Below, piece by piece: positions 1-10,673 of a stretch of DNA of 64,000 bases. Each line of letters opens with the position of its first letter. The first letter of the stretch is position 1. The notes beneath the pieces were generated by a model. The model worked only from the letters and a program-made list of their open reading frames with translations, had not been told where the DNA came from and made no database searches. Source of the DNA: a bacterium (GTDB lineage Bacteria; Hinthialibacterota; Hinthialibacteria; Hinthialibacterales; Hinthialibacteraceae); NCBI GenBank assembly GCA_963662285.2, contig CAXXMV010000002.1:1120001-1184000 (forward strand), given 5' to 3'. The translations under genes were made by a program, and so were the position numbers.

Positions 1-334
1 GGCTAAAAAGCGCCTGGCGGAGAATGTAACTTCCATCAATAATGAGCAGCAAAAATCCGAGATTCTTCATCAAGCCGCTGCTTTTCATAAGCAAGAAGAA
101 GATTTGAAAGCCCAATACATGAATCTATCATCACACTGCCCAACAACCCAAGTCAGCATTCAAGACGCTTCACGAATATGGGATTGCATTATACCCGAGA
201 TGGTTTCAATCATAAAACAGCAGACCGATTTGCTGCATAATTTTGAATCGCTTAGTCAACAAGAAAGCAAAACTGACATGCCTGATTTCACTCCACAGCG
301 CATGGCTTACTCGAAGCAAAAAAAATCCCCGTAA
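1..334 (+). CDS. Hypothetical protein, 3' part only (runs in from before the window)
   Basis: The frame of the 104..334 ORF is open back to position 2 (AKKRLAENV...); stop TAA at 334. No recognisable motif. Confidence 0.6.
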   Translation, partial: AKKRLAENVTSINNEQQKSEILHQAAAFHKQEEDLKAQYMNLSSHCPTTQVSIQDASRIWDCIIPEMVSIIKQQTDLLHNFESLSQQESKTDMPDFTPQRMAYSKQKKSP

Positions 335-471
335 ATTGCGCTGCTTTTTCAATATTATTCTTATTGATATTTCATAAAAATGGTCTCTGATCCTATTCAA
401 GACTCTCTTAATAAGTAAAAATAGTAGAGTGGTATTTTGATTACCCATCTTAGAATATAATCAGGTGAATT

Positions 472-1257
472 ATGAAAAAAATCTCGATTTCAATCTTGTC
501 GTTAGTATTCGCAATCATTATGACATCAATTTGTTCCGCAGCTCCATTGGTTATTGCTCATCGTGGTTATAGCAGTATTGCTCCAGAGAATACGCTGTCA
601 GCGGTTAATTGCGCGGTGAAGCTTAATCCACAACCGTCGTATATCGAAATTGATATACATGCTTCCAGTGATGGCGTTCTGGTGGTTTCTCATGACAGCA
701 ATACCAACAGAACAACCGGAGTGAATAAGATGATCCGTGATTATCCATTTTCTGAATTACGGAAATTAGATGCGGGTTATAAAGAAAAATTTGAAGATAA
801 ATTCAAAAACGAACGGCTGCCTAATCTGGAAGAAGTGTTAGACGCTGTCAAAGACAGCCCGATTGGCATTATGATCGAATGCAAGCAACTACTTGTGGAA
901 GACCGGGTGGTCGAATTGCTGCGCAAACGCAAAGAATTGAGCAAGCACGTTATCGCCAGTTTTGACGAACTAACCATTTATCGCGCCAAAAAACTGGAGC
1001 CTAAAGCACGTACGCTTTATCTGGTAGATGATATTAATCCCGACGTCATCGGGCGGGCGAAAGACATGAAATCTGATATTATCGGCGTCAACGGCAAAGT
1101 GAAACCGGAAAGTATTATTACAGCCCAAAAAGCAGGATTCAAAGTATGGGTTTGGACGGTTGATGATCCCAAAGACATGCGCAAGTTTATTGAAGCGAAA
1201 GCGGACGGCATCATCACCAATCAACCGGCGTTGGCGATTAAAGTTGTGCAGAAATAA
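472..1257 (+). CDS. Secreted glycerophosphodiester phosphodiesterase (GDPD/GlpQ-UgpQ family)
   Basis: Signal peptide, then IAHRG..APENTL, IEIDIH..SDG.LVV.HD, WTVD and DGIITN motifs. Confidence 0.93.
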   Translation: MKKISISILSLVFAIIMTSICSAAPLVIAHRGYSSIAPENTLSAVNCAVKLNPQPSYIEIDIHASSDGVLVVSHDSNTNRTTGVNKMIRDYPFSELRKLDAGYKEKFEDKFKNERLPNLEEVLDAVKDSPIGIMIECKQLLVEDRVVELLRKRKELSKHVIASFDELTIYRAKKLEPKARTLYLVDDINPDVIGRAKDMKSDIIGVNGKVKPESIITAQKAGFKVWVWTVDDPKDMRKFIEAKADGIITNQPALAIKVVQK

Positions 1258-1336
1258 ACAATAGATAAAATGCGATTACGCATCCAGCTCTTTTACCGGG
1301 GCTGGATGCATGTATATAAATCTTATAGGTTTTGAT

Positions 1337-2485
1337 ATGAAACGTTCATCCCCATTAATAATTCAATTAATTTTTCTGGGTGTTTTATTTTCATTGTTAA
1401 TAACTTTCATCAACATGAAGGGGATACCCAATCCATTCTTTAATCCATTCAGCCATCCCATGGCGACTCCCAAACCGGTCGTCCCGGCGCCAGGCGAATT
1501 GGGTGCGGATGAACGGTCTACTATAGAAGTATTCAAGCGCCTATCGCCCTCTGTTGTATTTATTATCAACACCGCTTTGCGCCGGGATTTCTTCTCTATG
1601 CGGGCGCAGGAAATGCCTCAAGGTTCCGGTTCCGGTTTTATCTGGGATCAAGACGGCCATATCGTCACAAATTTCCATGTTATATATCAAGCCGACTCAA
1701 TTTCCGTTACGCTGCATGACAGAACTGTCTGGGACGCAACGGTAATCGGCGCTGATCCGGATTACGATCTAGCCGTATTGCGCATAGGCGCATCCAAAAG
1801 TGTTATGCAGCCGGTTATACTCGGATCGTCCAATGATCTTGAAGTTGGACAAAAAGTATTGGCTATCGGCAACCCCTTCGGGCTGGATACCACTCTGACC
1901 ACTGGAGTGATCAGCGCCTTGGGACGCACGATTGAAGCCATCAGTGGACGAACCATCTATGATGTGATACAGACTGACGCGGCCATTAATCCTGGTAATT
2001 CGGGCGGGCCGTTACTTGATTCGTTTGGCCGGATTATCGGAGTAAACACTGCTATTGTAAGCCCCAGCGGCTCCAGCGCTGGAATAGGATTCTCGGTTCC
2101 CATCGATACAGTAAATCGCATCGTTCCTCAACTTATCAGCCGGGGGCGAACAGCTAAACCATACCTGGGCGTTGTCCTCTTACCCGCTTCGCATATCAAA
2201 AGGCTAAAACAGTTGGGCTATAAGGGTCTTGAGGGCGCCGTGATTTGGAAGATACCTCCCCACAGCCCGGCTGATAAAGCCGGGTTGCGGCAAATTCGTC
2301 AAAATGAGCGTGGGGAAATTCAATATGACGTTATTATCTCAATCGACGATAAACCAGTCACGGATGATAATGAATTAATTCATTTATTAGAAGCCTACAC
2401 GCCCAATGACAAAGTTAACCTTCGAGTTAAAAGAAATGGCGAGGAATTTGACGTTGAGGTTCAACTTTCCATTCGTTCGGAATGA
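1337..2485 (+). CDS. HtrA/DegP-family trypsin-like serine protease with one PDZ domain
   Basis: GSGSGF, IVTNFHV, DLAVL and QTDAAINPGNSGGPL motifs; N-terminal TM; C-terminal PDZ. Start may be 1310 or 1337. Confidence 0.95.
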   Translation: MKRSSPLIIQLIFLGVLFSLLITFINMKGIPNPFFNPFSHPMATPKPVVPAPGELGADERSTIEVFKRLSPSVVFIINTALRRDFFSMRAQEMPQGSGSGFIWDQDGHIVTNFHVIYQADSISVTLHDRTVWDATVIGADPDYDLAVLRIGASKSVMQPVILGSSNDLEVGQKVLAIGNPFGLDTTLTTGVISALGRTIEAISGRTIYDVIQTDAAINPGNSGGPLLDSFGRIIGVNTAIVSPSGSSAGIGFSVPIDTVNRIVPQLISRGRTAKPYLGVVLLPASHIKRLKQLGYKGLEGAVIWKIPPHSPADKAGLRQIRQNERGEIQYDVIISIDDKPVTDDNELIHLLEAYTPNDKVNLRVKRNGEEFDVEVQLSIRSE

Positions 2486-2509
2486 TTATATCTGAATATT
2501 GCGTAATAT

Positions 2510-5071
2510 TTGACTATGCAAAAATCTCAATTCACCTCTAATGCCCGGCCAATAATATCTGATTACATATTGGCTAGAACCGCCGTTTTGTTAACCATTA
2601 TTTCTATCATCGCCATAACAATTCGGATGGTCGACTGGCAAAACAGGGGATTGACGCGAACATCCAATCCTGTTGTGGAAGGACAAAAAAAATCAGCATC
2701 ATTTTTCAAAGATAGCACAACCAGTTTCACCGACTGGACGCTTCGTTTGGATTGCCCTGATACCAGAGGCCTCTGCATCAGGTGGGATGGTTATATTTGG
2801 CTGGCGCAATCTCAAAAATTGCTGCTGGCCTGTGATGGAGAAGCATCACTGGATATTGATGGAATAACCAAACTGCACAAGAATGCTGACTGGCAATATA
2901 CTCAACAGGAAACTGATAAAATTAGCGCTGGTTGTCATAGTATCTCCATGAGATACTCTGACCATTCTGGACGCAGCGCTTTATTGTTAAGCCGGATTGT
3001 TAATGGAGAAATAATCCCCTGTCCTTCCTGGATGTTATCAATCACGCCATTGAAGCCACTGCATATTCTGTTGCGCCGTGCATCGGATATTATGTGGATG
3101 CTGGTTCCCGGATTTATTATATTATCTGTCATTATTTGGCTGCATCTCGCCATGCAATTTCTGCGGGTAAGACGCATTATCGCGCCTTCAAGTACATATT
3201 TTATATGTATAATCGTACTAACTCTTATCGGTTTTGTTTTACGATTGATCCTGGTCTGGCGAGCTGATTGGGCGATGCAGGCCGATGAAGCCATTGTCGG
3301 GATTATGGGGCGACGAATCGCAGCTGGAGGTTATTTTCCGCTTATATACCTCGGTCAATATTATGGCGGTCCGTTTGAAGCCTATTTAATGGCGCCGCTT
3401 TTTTGGATTTTCGGCGCTTCGCGTATCGTCCTGCGTATGACTCCTTTAATATTATCAACCCTGGCCATACCGCTTTTCGGGTGGACTGGCAACCGCTGTT
3501 TCGGTAAAGCCGCCGGACTGGCAGCTGCCGCTTTGTGGGCTATCCCGCCAGTCATGCCGCTGGTCTATAGCATCATGGTCATGGTGGGTCCGATAGAAAA
3601 TATATTGGTGATTGTTTTGGTGATAGGCGTTTGGGGATCGGAATCGGCTCGAAAAAACATGACGCCAACCGCCGCCTTTATAACCGGCTTGGTTTTAGGC
3701 ATCGCATTCTGGATCAACGCTCAAATCCTATATCTTATAATTCCCCTGACGTTGTTTCTCTTTACGCCGTTTAATCCCAAGCGCAATGTCAGATTTTTTG
3801 GATTATATTTCGGCGCCATGTTTATTGGAATCTTACCGCTGGTGATTTTCAATATACTGCATCCGCTGAGAACTTTTATCGCTATGACAGCGGGTGATGG
3901 CAATGGATCATTTGTCAGTAACTTTATATCTGATTTCCTATACCGGGCTATGCCGGTTCTGGTCGGGCAAAAAGTAAACTGGAACATTACGCATAATATT
4001 GCGCTGTGGCCGTTTGCATGGTTTCCGTCACTGTTGGCAACTATGGTTCTGATTTATGTACTGGTAGAAATAGTACGTCAATCAATCAAGCGCCACTCTT
4101 CAAGTAAAACAAAATCAGAACGGGCTATCCTGCTCCTGATTGTGGCCTCGCTGATAACCGGGATATTGCTCTTCAGTGCATCTAATTTAGAAACCAAAGA
4201 CCCAAGACATCTTTTTTTAATTACGCCTTTCCTGATTCTTTTATTCGCGTGGGCGTTTTATTCGATAGCGCGTTTCTCTGCCTTGGCGGCCTTTACACTG
4301 TTGGGATTGTTATTATTCATGAACCTGCAAGGCATTGTGCAATCTGATCAGCGTTGTTATTTTCAACCGATACACACAATAGCAGCGGGCAAGATTATTC
4401 CCCCGAATATGAATGACGCAATCAGCATACTGCAAGAAAACAAGTCGGATTGCGTGTATGTGGATTATTGGATTGGGGCGATTCTGGCGTTTGAAATGCA
4501 GCAAGAGGCGCCGGTTTATTCCGTCCCCAAAAACCGTTTGGAAGATTTAGCCGATTCGGCAATCAAAAGCGTCACGCCGTCTTATATCTTTCATCACAAT
4601 GATATACATCAACCGGCTGGCGATTTGTTTTTAATGCGCCTGGGATGGAGAAGGGAAGAGGCGGCGCCTCTTATGCTCTATTTTGCTGAACGTCCATTGC
4701 TGCACCCCAAATCTGAATGGCGTACAACTGTAGCGTCTCAAGACGAGAGAATTCAATTCGCATGCGACGGAGCGCTGCAAACCTATTGGGCGCCTTTAAA
4801 TAATGAAGTGGAAATTAATATTGCATTGCCCGATGATAGGGAAGTGAATAGTATTGCGGTGATTTCCAGTAGGATTTCAGGTGATGAAAAGATTACTGCT
4901 TCATTCGGTGAAGATGACGTAAGTGCAGTAGAGATTGCAATGGTGCATGATCAGATTACAACTTTGACCACCATTGATGTTGATGCTGTACTATCTAACA
5001 AACTAACGATTCATCTTCCTGAGGGATACGTCAAAGAACAATTCAGGATTTATGAGATATTTATGTTTTAG
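2510..5071 (+). CDS. GT-C fold membrane glycosyltransferase (PMT/ArnT-like) with a PA14-like N-terminal domain and a C-terminal beta-sandwich
   Basis: LRL...ADEAIVG first-loop motif, many TM helices, PA14-like RWDGYI..., discoidin-like DG...TYW near the C-terminus. Confidence 0.75.
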   Translation: MTMQKSQFTSNARPIISDYILARTAVLLTIISIIAITIRMVDWQNRGLTRTSNPVVEGQKKSASFFKDSTTSFTDWTLRLDCPDTRGLCIRWDGYIWLAQSQKLLLACDGEASLDIDGITKLHKNADWQYTQQETDKISAGCHSISMRYSDHSGRSALLLSRIVNGEIIPCPSWMLSITPLKPLHILLRRASDIMWMLVPGFIILSVIIWLHLAMQFLRVRRIIAPSSTYFICIIVLTLIGFVLRLILVWRADWAMQADEAIVGIMGRRIAAGGYFPLIYLGQYYGGPFEAYLMAPLFWIFGASRIVLRMTPLILSTLAIPLFGWTGNRCFGKAAGLAAAALWAIPPVMPLVYSIMVMVGPIENILVIVLVIGVWGSESARKNMTPTAAFITGLVLGIAFWINAQILYLIIPLTLFLFTPFNPKRNVRFFGLYFGAMFIGILPLVIFNILHPLRTFIAMTAGDGNGSFVSNFISDFLYRAMPVLVGQKVNWNITHNIALWPFAWFPSLLATMVLIYVLVEIVRQSIKRHSSSKTKSERAILLLIVASLITGILLFSASNLETKDPRHLFLITPFLILLFAWAFYSIARFSALAAFTLLGLLLFMNLQGIVQSDQRCYFQPIHTIAAGKIIPPNMNDAISILQENKSDCVYVDYWIGAILAFEMQQEAPVYSVPKNRLEDLADSAIKSVTPSYIFHHNDIHQPAGDLFLMRLGWRREEAAPLMLYFAERPLLHPKSEWRTTVASQDERIQFACDGALQTYWAPLNNEVEINIALPDDREVNSIAVISSRISGDEKITASFGEDDVSAVEIAMVHDQITTLTTIDVDAVLSNKLTIHLPEGYVKEQFRIYEIFMF

Positions 5072-6549
5072 ATAGAATTCTTAAGAGAATTATGCGGCGC
5101 ATCCGTTGGAGATGGTTTGCCTTTCAACACCCGCCGCGCCATTTTCGATCCCATGACTCCAGCCAATCTACGCCAGGGTATCATAGAGAGTTGCTCATCG
5201 CTAATTGGTTTTTCTGTTTGTTTGCGCAGCTGGGTATGTTTCCAGATGATTAATTCCAGTTTTTTGGCCAGCTGGTAATGGAAATAAAACTCTTCTTTGG
5301 GCATATGTTCATTCAAGTAGACGTATTTCTCGAAGAAGAATTTTTTGTCATCCTCCAGGTCTTCGGGTTCAAGCACTACTCCAGTCAGTTTTGCTTCATC
5401 AATCAAACCGCGTTGCAGAGCGTAATCCCATATCGGCGTTCCGGGCAATACCATTAACGGACCAATCACCAGTGCAGAGAAGACGTCCATATTGTCGATT
5501 ATAAAGTCAAAGGTCATTTTTAAATCATCCCGCGTCTCGCATGGGGAACCTATGATAAAACTGGGGGCGACATTGATTCGATTATCCCGGCAAACATCAA
5601 TAGTACGTTGGAGTTGCTCGGGTTGCACCCCGTCTTTGGCGAGGTATTGCAGGACGCCGGGCGACGCTGATTCGAATCCAATGGTTAAATCGGTCACATT
5701 AAGATCGTGCAGCGCTTGGGCCATATCCTGGCGGATCTGGTTAGCCCGCGCTGATGCAGTGAAATGCACTTGATCCAGAATCCCCCGTTGATTCAATAAT
5801 CGGCCAATCTCTTCCAGGCGGCTTTTTTTACCGACGAAAAGATCATCAAACGCGATGATATGGCTGGCGCCCCACTTGGTAACTAGTTCTTCTATCTCAT
5901 CAACTACGTATTCCGGTGAGAAAAAGCGGTGTTTGGTTCCCCAATGCTTCACAGTTGAGCAGAACGAGCAGCGGTATGGGCAGCCGCGTGATGTCATGAT
6001 ATGGGCGTGGTTTTTTATCGGCCCCCACTGGTCTCCTAACGCTTCCCGGTCGGGCCGGGGGATGCAATCAAGGTCTTCGATCCGATCCCGGTCTGGATTA
6101 TAAACAATCCCTTTATCGCCATGCCATATAATGCCCTCAATCTTAGACAGGCTTTGAGGTTCCAAGCATCCTCGTGCTTTCAGTAATTCGCACAAATCCA
6201 GAAAGGAGCATTCGCCTTCACCCATGATTCCTGCATCAAAAGATAATGGTAATCTCTCCGGCATGGCGGTAATTTGGGCGCCGCCGATAATGGTCGGGAT
6301 TCTCAGTTCAGATTTGATACGTTGCGCAGCGCGGTCAGCGACATTGAAACTGTAGGTTGTGCATGAAATTCCAATCAGATCGGGTTTATGAGCGATCAGA
6401 TTGTCAAGATTTCTTTCAATAACCGTATCAAATCCACTGCCATATTTTTTTAGATAAGAAGAGAGATATCCAAGACCCAAGGGCGGCCCGATAGACCAAT
6501 CCTCATCTCTTTCTTCGACTACTGCCAAATAGAGTCCAATTTTCATCAT
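5068..6549 (-). CDS. B12-binding domain radical SAM protein
   Basis: PPLGLGYL, GGAQIT, GEGE and SRGCPYRCSFC (CxxxCxxC); IGFES. Confidence 0.93.
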   Translation of the reverse strand: MMKIGLYLAVVEERDEDWSIGPPLGLGYLSSYLKKYGSGFDTVIERNLDNLIAHKPDLIGISCTTYSFNVADRAAQRIKSELRIPTIIGGAQITAMPERLPLSFDAGIMGEGECSFLDLCELLKARGCLEPQSLSKIEGIIWHGDKGIVYNPDRDRIEDLDCIPRPDREALGDQWGPIKNHAHIMTSRGCPYRCSFCSTVKHWGTKHRFFSPEYVVDEIEELVTKWGASHIIAFDDLFVGKKSRLEEIGRLLNQRGILDQVHFTASARANQIRQDMAQALHDLNVTDLTIGFESASPGVLQYLAKDGVQPEQLQRTIDVCRDNRINVAPSFIIGSPCETRDDLKMTFDFIIDNMDVFSALVIGPLMVLPGTPIWDYALQRGLIDEAKLTGVVLEPEDLEDDKKFFFEKYVYLNEHMPKEEFYFHYQLAKKLELIIWKHTQLRKQTEKPISDEQLSMIPWRRLAGVMGSKMARRVLKGKPSPTDAPHNSLKNSI

Positions 6550-6715
6550 CGCGCTTTCGTAACTGGAACGTTATTATGTAAGTCTCTCTGATTATAACCA
6601 GTTAGAGATAGCAATAAAACTAGAGCGATTGTAATAAATACAGTGTGTTTAAGCAATTGTCCAATTGGAAGATATTTACCAGAAATAGGAATTGATGGAT
6701 CAGGAGGCGTAAAAA

Positions 6716-6753
6716 AGCCCGGTTCCGTTATTATATGATAACATCCACCGGGC
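6716..6753 (-). terminator. Probable intrinsic terminator downstream of the small lipoprotein gene
   Basis: GCCCGG...CCGGGC arms next to an A-run on + (U-run on -). The loop is long. Confidence 0.4.
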
Positions 6754-6779
6754 GGTTTGGTTTATATTTTTAATCAAAT

Positions 6780-7040
6780 TTACTTAAGTATTTCGATAAA
6801 GTCCGATTGTATATCACTGAAAACTTTGCTGTCGCTGGAGAAGGTATTAGGGCTTAGGTCCAGCATTTCCCAATCAGAAAATGATTTGTCTTCATCATTC
6901 TGGAAAGACAGGTCATCCAGCCACATATTATTAGAAGAATCGAAAAGACCTGCTTGTTGATCCTGCGTCGAAGCGCAGCCGCCAGCAAGGATTCCAAGGC
7001 ATATAATAACTAAAATGATTCTCATCGACTTTTTTCTCAT
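6780..7040 (-). CDS. Small acidic lipoprotein, unknown function
   Basis: Basic N-terminus, hydrophobic core, lipobox-like LAGG-C. Confidence 0.6.
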   Translation of the reverse strand: MRKKSMRIILVIICLGILAGGCASTQDQQAGLFDSSNNMWLDDLSFQNDEDKSFSDWEMLDLSPNTFSSDSKVFSDIQSDFIEILK

Positions 7041-7111
7041 GATTCAGCCAGTGTATTTACTCTCTATCTTAAAAACGTACAACCAAAGATTAACGTAACA
7101 ATATTCTATCA

Positions 7112-8116
7112 CTAATTACCCTTAATTTGTGGAATAATCAATTCGGCGCCAAGTTTTTGGTATACTTCGTGCAGCCGCTCTAGCATTTTTTCATCTTGAT
7201 AGGCGCCGATAACCGCTCCGCCTGAACCTGCGAATTTGGAAGATGCGCCAACCAGTCGCGCATAATTAACCAGATCAAGATCGCTTTTGCTTAAGTTATA
7301 CAGTGAAGAACGTAAATCAAAATTCTGGTTCATCAATTCGCTCAGTTTATCTTTATCTCCGGCCAGAAGAGCGCCCTTGGCGTCTTCGGCGAACTGCGCG
7401 AATTGCTTCATGGCATTGATAATAACAGCGTCGCCTTGATCAAAACGCTCGCGGATATTGTTATGAAAAACTTCGGAACCTTCACCCAGGCGCGTATCGT
7501 AGGCGATAAACAGGTTGGGCAGTAAATCTGGATCAAGGGATTGATAGATGCCGCTGCCTGTTTTCTCCAGGTTATCTTTGTCAAAATCCATATACACCAT
7601 ATTTTCATAAACCTGAATAACGCGATCCTGCAATCCTGCGCCAATGCCCAGTTCATCGTGTTCGGCTGATAAAATTATATTAGGCTGGATTTCGTTGGGA
7701 ATATCCACTTCGAAGAACTGCATCATGGCGCGTAGAGTGGCAGTGATAATGGCGCTGGAACCGGCCAGGCCGACCCGCGCCGGGATGTTAGATTCGTATT
7801 CGATAGTGAAATTACGGTTGGGCAGTTCAATATGGTTCTCTTTGCAATAACTGGCGAAACGTTTGATGATGGCGCGTATCAAACGGATGCCGCCATAATA
7901 ACCGTATAATTTTACGCCCTCGCATAGAGCATCCATTGATTCCCAAATTGGTTGATCAATGGTGCTGCCGCGAATTTCCAGATTGGCTGAGGGATAGCAA
8001 ATTACGCGGGCGCGGAAATTACGCACTGAAATTGAAATGGTTTTCCCAAAATAACCATCAGACGGATTTCCGATTAATCCCGCCCGTGCATACGCATACG
8101 TCTCAATATAACCCAT
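7112..8116 (-). CDS. GHMP kinase, glucuronokinase-like
   Basis: ARAGLIGNPSDGY, IPARVGLAGSSA (GHMP ATP loop), AGLQDR, KFAGSGGA. Confidence 0.88.
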   Translation of the reverse strand: MGYIETYAYARAGLIGNPSDGYFGKTISISVRNFRARVICYPSANLEIRGSTIDQPIWESMDALCEGVKLYGYYGGIRLIRAIIKRFASYCKENHIELPNRNFTIEYESNIPARVGLAGSSAIITATLRAMMQFFEVDIPNEIQPNIILSAEHDELGIGAGLQDRVIQVYENMVYMDFDKDNLEKTGSGIYQSLDPDLLPNLFIAYDTRLGEGSEVFHNNIRERFDQGDAVIINAMKQFAQFAEDAKGALLAGDKDKLSELMNQNFDLRSSLYNLSKSDLDLVNYARLVGASSKFAGSGGAVIGAYQDEKMLERLHEVYQKLGAELIIPQIKGN

Positions 8117-8181
8117 GACAATTCATCTCCTGGAAGAAATTACATGATCAGTTTATCAACTCATTATGTTTTTATACTACT

Positions 8182-9687
8182 CTATGCAGAAAAATTCCCC
8201 TGCTGAGGTAATGCATCCCATAAGCATTGCGAAACACCGGGTTCACGCGTTTCGAAATAGCGTGAATGAGCCAAACCGGCTGGCCGGGGATTAATATCCA
8301 ACACCCAGGCAACCATTCTATGATTGCGCCATTCTAACCGAATATCTATGCCTACGACGCTGCAATCTATAAAAGGTTCTGCTGCTTTTTGAGCAATATT
8401 CTGTATTTCCGTCCAAATCTCATGATTCCATTTAAATGGGGCGGCATGCTCTGGAGTGGAAAGCATCCATTGCGCCCCAATCTTGCATTCTAATACATGT
8501 CCGCCCTGTTCGGGAGAGGCGATAACCGCTTCATGGGGCGCCAACATTAAAAAACCGCTCTCCATCCTGCCGCAGATTACATTTACGCGCAGATCGAATA
8601 GCACTTCTTTATCCGTCAAGTCATCCCAAATCTTAACATTTCGAATCCCCCGGCGCAATAAAACATCATCATTACGGCCAATTTCTTTGATATGACTGAT
8701 GAGTTCAGGGTTAATTGCTAAAAATGCAGACCAATCCAGTAATCCGGTAAAAGATCTAACGCCGCGTCCTTCGGTCCCCTTATTGGGCTGCACCACTAGA
8801 GTAACTTCTATGGTTTCTTCACTGTCAAATAGATCGCTGAATATAAGTTTACAGCGATTAGCCAGGGCTTGATCATCAAGTGAGGAAAATTCACTTTGTT
8901 TGATTAAAGATGCTTTGGGTGAAGGAACGGACAATTTATCCCATTGGCAATAACAACTGAATTTATCATCAGCTTTTAAGGCCGATTGATAGCGATTAAC
9001 CTGGTAAATCTCTTTTTCGGCGAAACGCTCGCTCCATATCTGGTGGAATTTTGGAGAGACGGCTAAAAAATGAACGCTGTCTATACGCAGTGGTTCGGAA
9101 AAGGATGATTCGATCAATTGCTCTGTGTCGGAAATAGGATAGATGCAACGCGTCGCCTGTAGGTTTTCATCCAACCATTGAGCATGAACGCCGATGACAA
9201 GACGTCGTTGGCGCCAATGTTTAGCCAGATCGCAGACATACGAATCGATCATCAGCGGGTAGATTTCATTGCAGATATTGGGTAAATATTCAACGCAAAT
9301 CGCATGAACCGGCGTATTTGAGTCGCCTGAGTTAATCGAATAAGGATGCCTGGAGTAATCGGGAGACATCGCTCCAGCCAGAATATTCAAAGGAGGACAT
9401 AATCGCTCGCTATATATCGCTTCAAAGACGCTTTCTTTTACTCGCCGACAGAAGATAGGTTCTGCGGCGGCCTCTTGGAGAATATGTCTATCTTCGGCAT
9501 CGATTTGATCAGCAACTTTCGCCAATACTTCGTCGAATATATCATCCACCTTGCTAATGATGGATTTCATTGAATTGTGATCGCCTTGTTTAATACTCAG
9601 GCGTATATCATGAATATCGCCGAAACAGGCAATGATATTTTGCAGAAGCAATTCCTGGATGGTTTGCGAAAGAGAGAGAGCCATCAA
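8182..9687 (-). CDS. ATP-grasp fold protein, unknown substrate
   Basis: ADDKF, VVQPNKGTEGRGV, FDLRV and VGID...VLDINPRP motifs match ATP-grasp signatures. Confidence 0.65.
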   Translation of the reverse strand: MMALSLSQTIQELLLQNIIACFGDIHDIRLSIKQGDHNSMKSIISKVDDIFDEVLAKVADQIDAEDRHILQEAAAEPIFCRRVKESVFEAIYSERLCPPLNILAGAMSPDYSRHPYSINSGDSNTPVHAICVEYLPNICNEIYPLMIDSYVCDLAKHWRQRRLVIGVHAQWLDENLQATRCIYPISDTEQLIESSFSEPLRIDSVHFLAVSPKFHQIWSERFAEKEIYQVNRYQSALKADDKFSCYCQWDKLSVPSPKASLIKQSEFSSLDDQALANRCKLIFSDLFDSEETIEVTLVVQPNKGTEGRGVRSFTGLLDWSAFLAINPELISHIKEIGRNDDVLLRRGIRNVKIWDDLTDKEVLFDLRVNVICGRMESGFLMLAPHEAVIASPEQGGHVLECKIGAQWMLSTPEHAAPFKWNHEIWTEIQNIAQKAAEPFIDCSVVGIDIRLEWRNHRMVAWVLDINPRPAGLAHSRYFETREPGVSQCLWDALPQQGNFSA

Positions 9688-9697
9688 AAAAATCCGT

Positions 9698-10486
9698 TCA
9701 GTTTATGTTATGAGACATGCGCACGGGCACGCCGCGTTTATGTAAGTAATCCTTGATGGCTTGAATAGTGTACGTTCCAAAGTGGATCATAGAGGCTACG
9801 ATAGCCGCATCCGCTTTGCCTTCGGTGAAGACGTCGTATAGATGCTCTGGCGTACCCCCGCCGCCGCTGGCGATAACCGGGATGCTTACTGCTTCAGCAA
9901 TTTTACGGGTCAGGTTCAATTCGAATCCGTTACGGGCGCCGTCAGCGTCTATGCTGTTGACCACCAATTCGCCTGCGCCCAGTTCTTCGCCGCGTTTGGC
10001 CCATTCTATGGCATCAAGCCCCATCGCCTTGCGTCCGCCATTGATGAATATCTCGTAACCTGAAGGGAATTGGTCTGAAACGGAGACTTTTTTAATATCC
10101 ATGCTAAGTACAATGCATTGAGCGCCGAACGCTTTTGATCCTTCAGCAATGATATCGGGATTCAATACTGCAGAAGAATTAACGCTGACCTTCTCAGCGC
10201 CAGCCAGCAACACGCGGCGCAGGTCATCGAAGGTTCTCAGACCGCCTCCGACAGAATAAGGGATAAATATCGCTTCCGCAGTGCGGCTGACCACGTCGAT
10301 CATGATATTACGCTCATCGCTGCTGGCGGTAATGTCGTAAAACACCAGTTCCTCGGCGCCATCTTCGTAATACTGTTTGGCCATCGCAACCGGATCGCCG
10401 ATATCAACATTATTCTTAAACTCGACGCCTTTGGTGACTTTACCTCCGCGAACGTCGAGACAGGGGATTATACGTTTAGTAAGCAT
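9698..10486 (-). CDS. hisF: Imidazole glycerol phosphate synthase subunit HisF
   Basis: [39 protein letters not shown]. Confidence 0.97.
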   Translation of the reverse strand: MLTKRIIPCLDVRGGKVTKGVEFKNNVDIGDPVAMAKQYYEDGAEELVFYDITASSDERNIMIDVVSRTAEAIFIPYSVGGGLRTFDDLRRVLLAGAEKVSVNSSAVLNPDIIAEGSKAFGAQCIVLSMDIKKVSVSDQFPSGYEIFINGGRKAMGLDAIEWAKRGEELGAGELVVNSIDADGARNGFELNLTRKIAEAVSIPVIASGGGGTPEHLYDVFTEGKADAAIVASMIHFGTYTIQAIKDYLHKRGVPVRMSHNIN

Positions 10487-10673
10487 GATTTACCTCAAAA
10501 TCAATGTTTTAATATTTAAATATTCTCTAATTTCTACTACTAATCTTATGACTCATCAAATATCAGTCAAGCAACCGGAAATTAGTTAAAATACTTGATA
10601 ATTGTTTTGAATCAAATAATCTATATAGTGCATGCCTTTTATTTTGATCGTATCGATTGAATTGCGCGTAATT

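Noticed and set aside
6780-7040. Internal SFSDWEML in the small lipoprotein as a copy of the C-terminal sorting motif
   Set aside because: It is not terminal, lacks the V and final aromatic residue, and may be a chance match.
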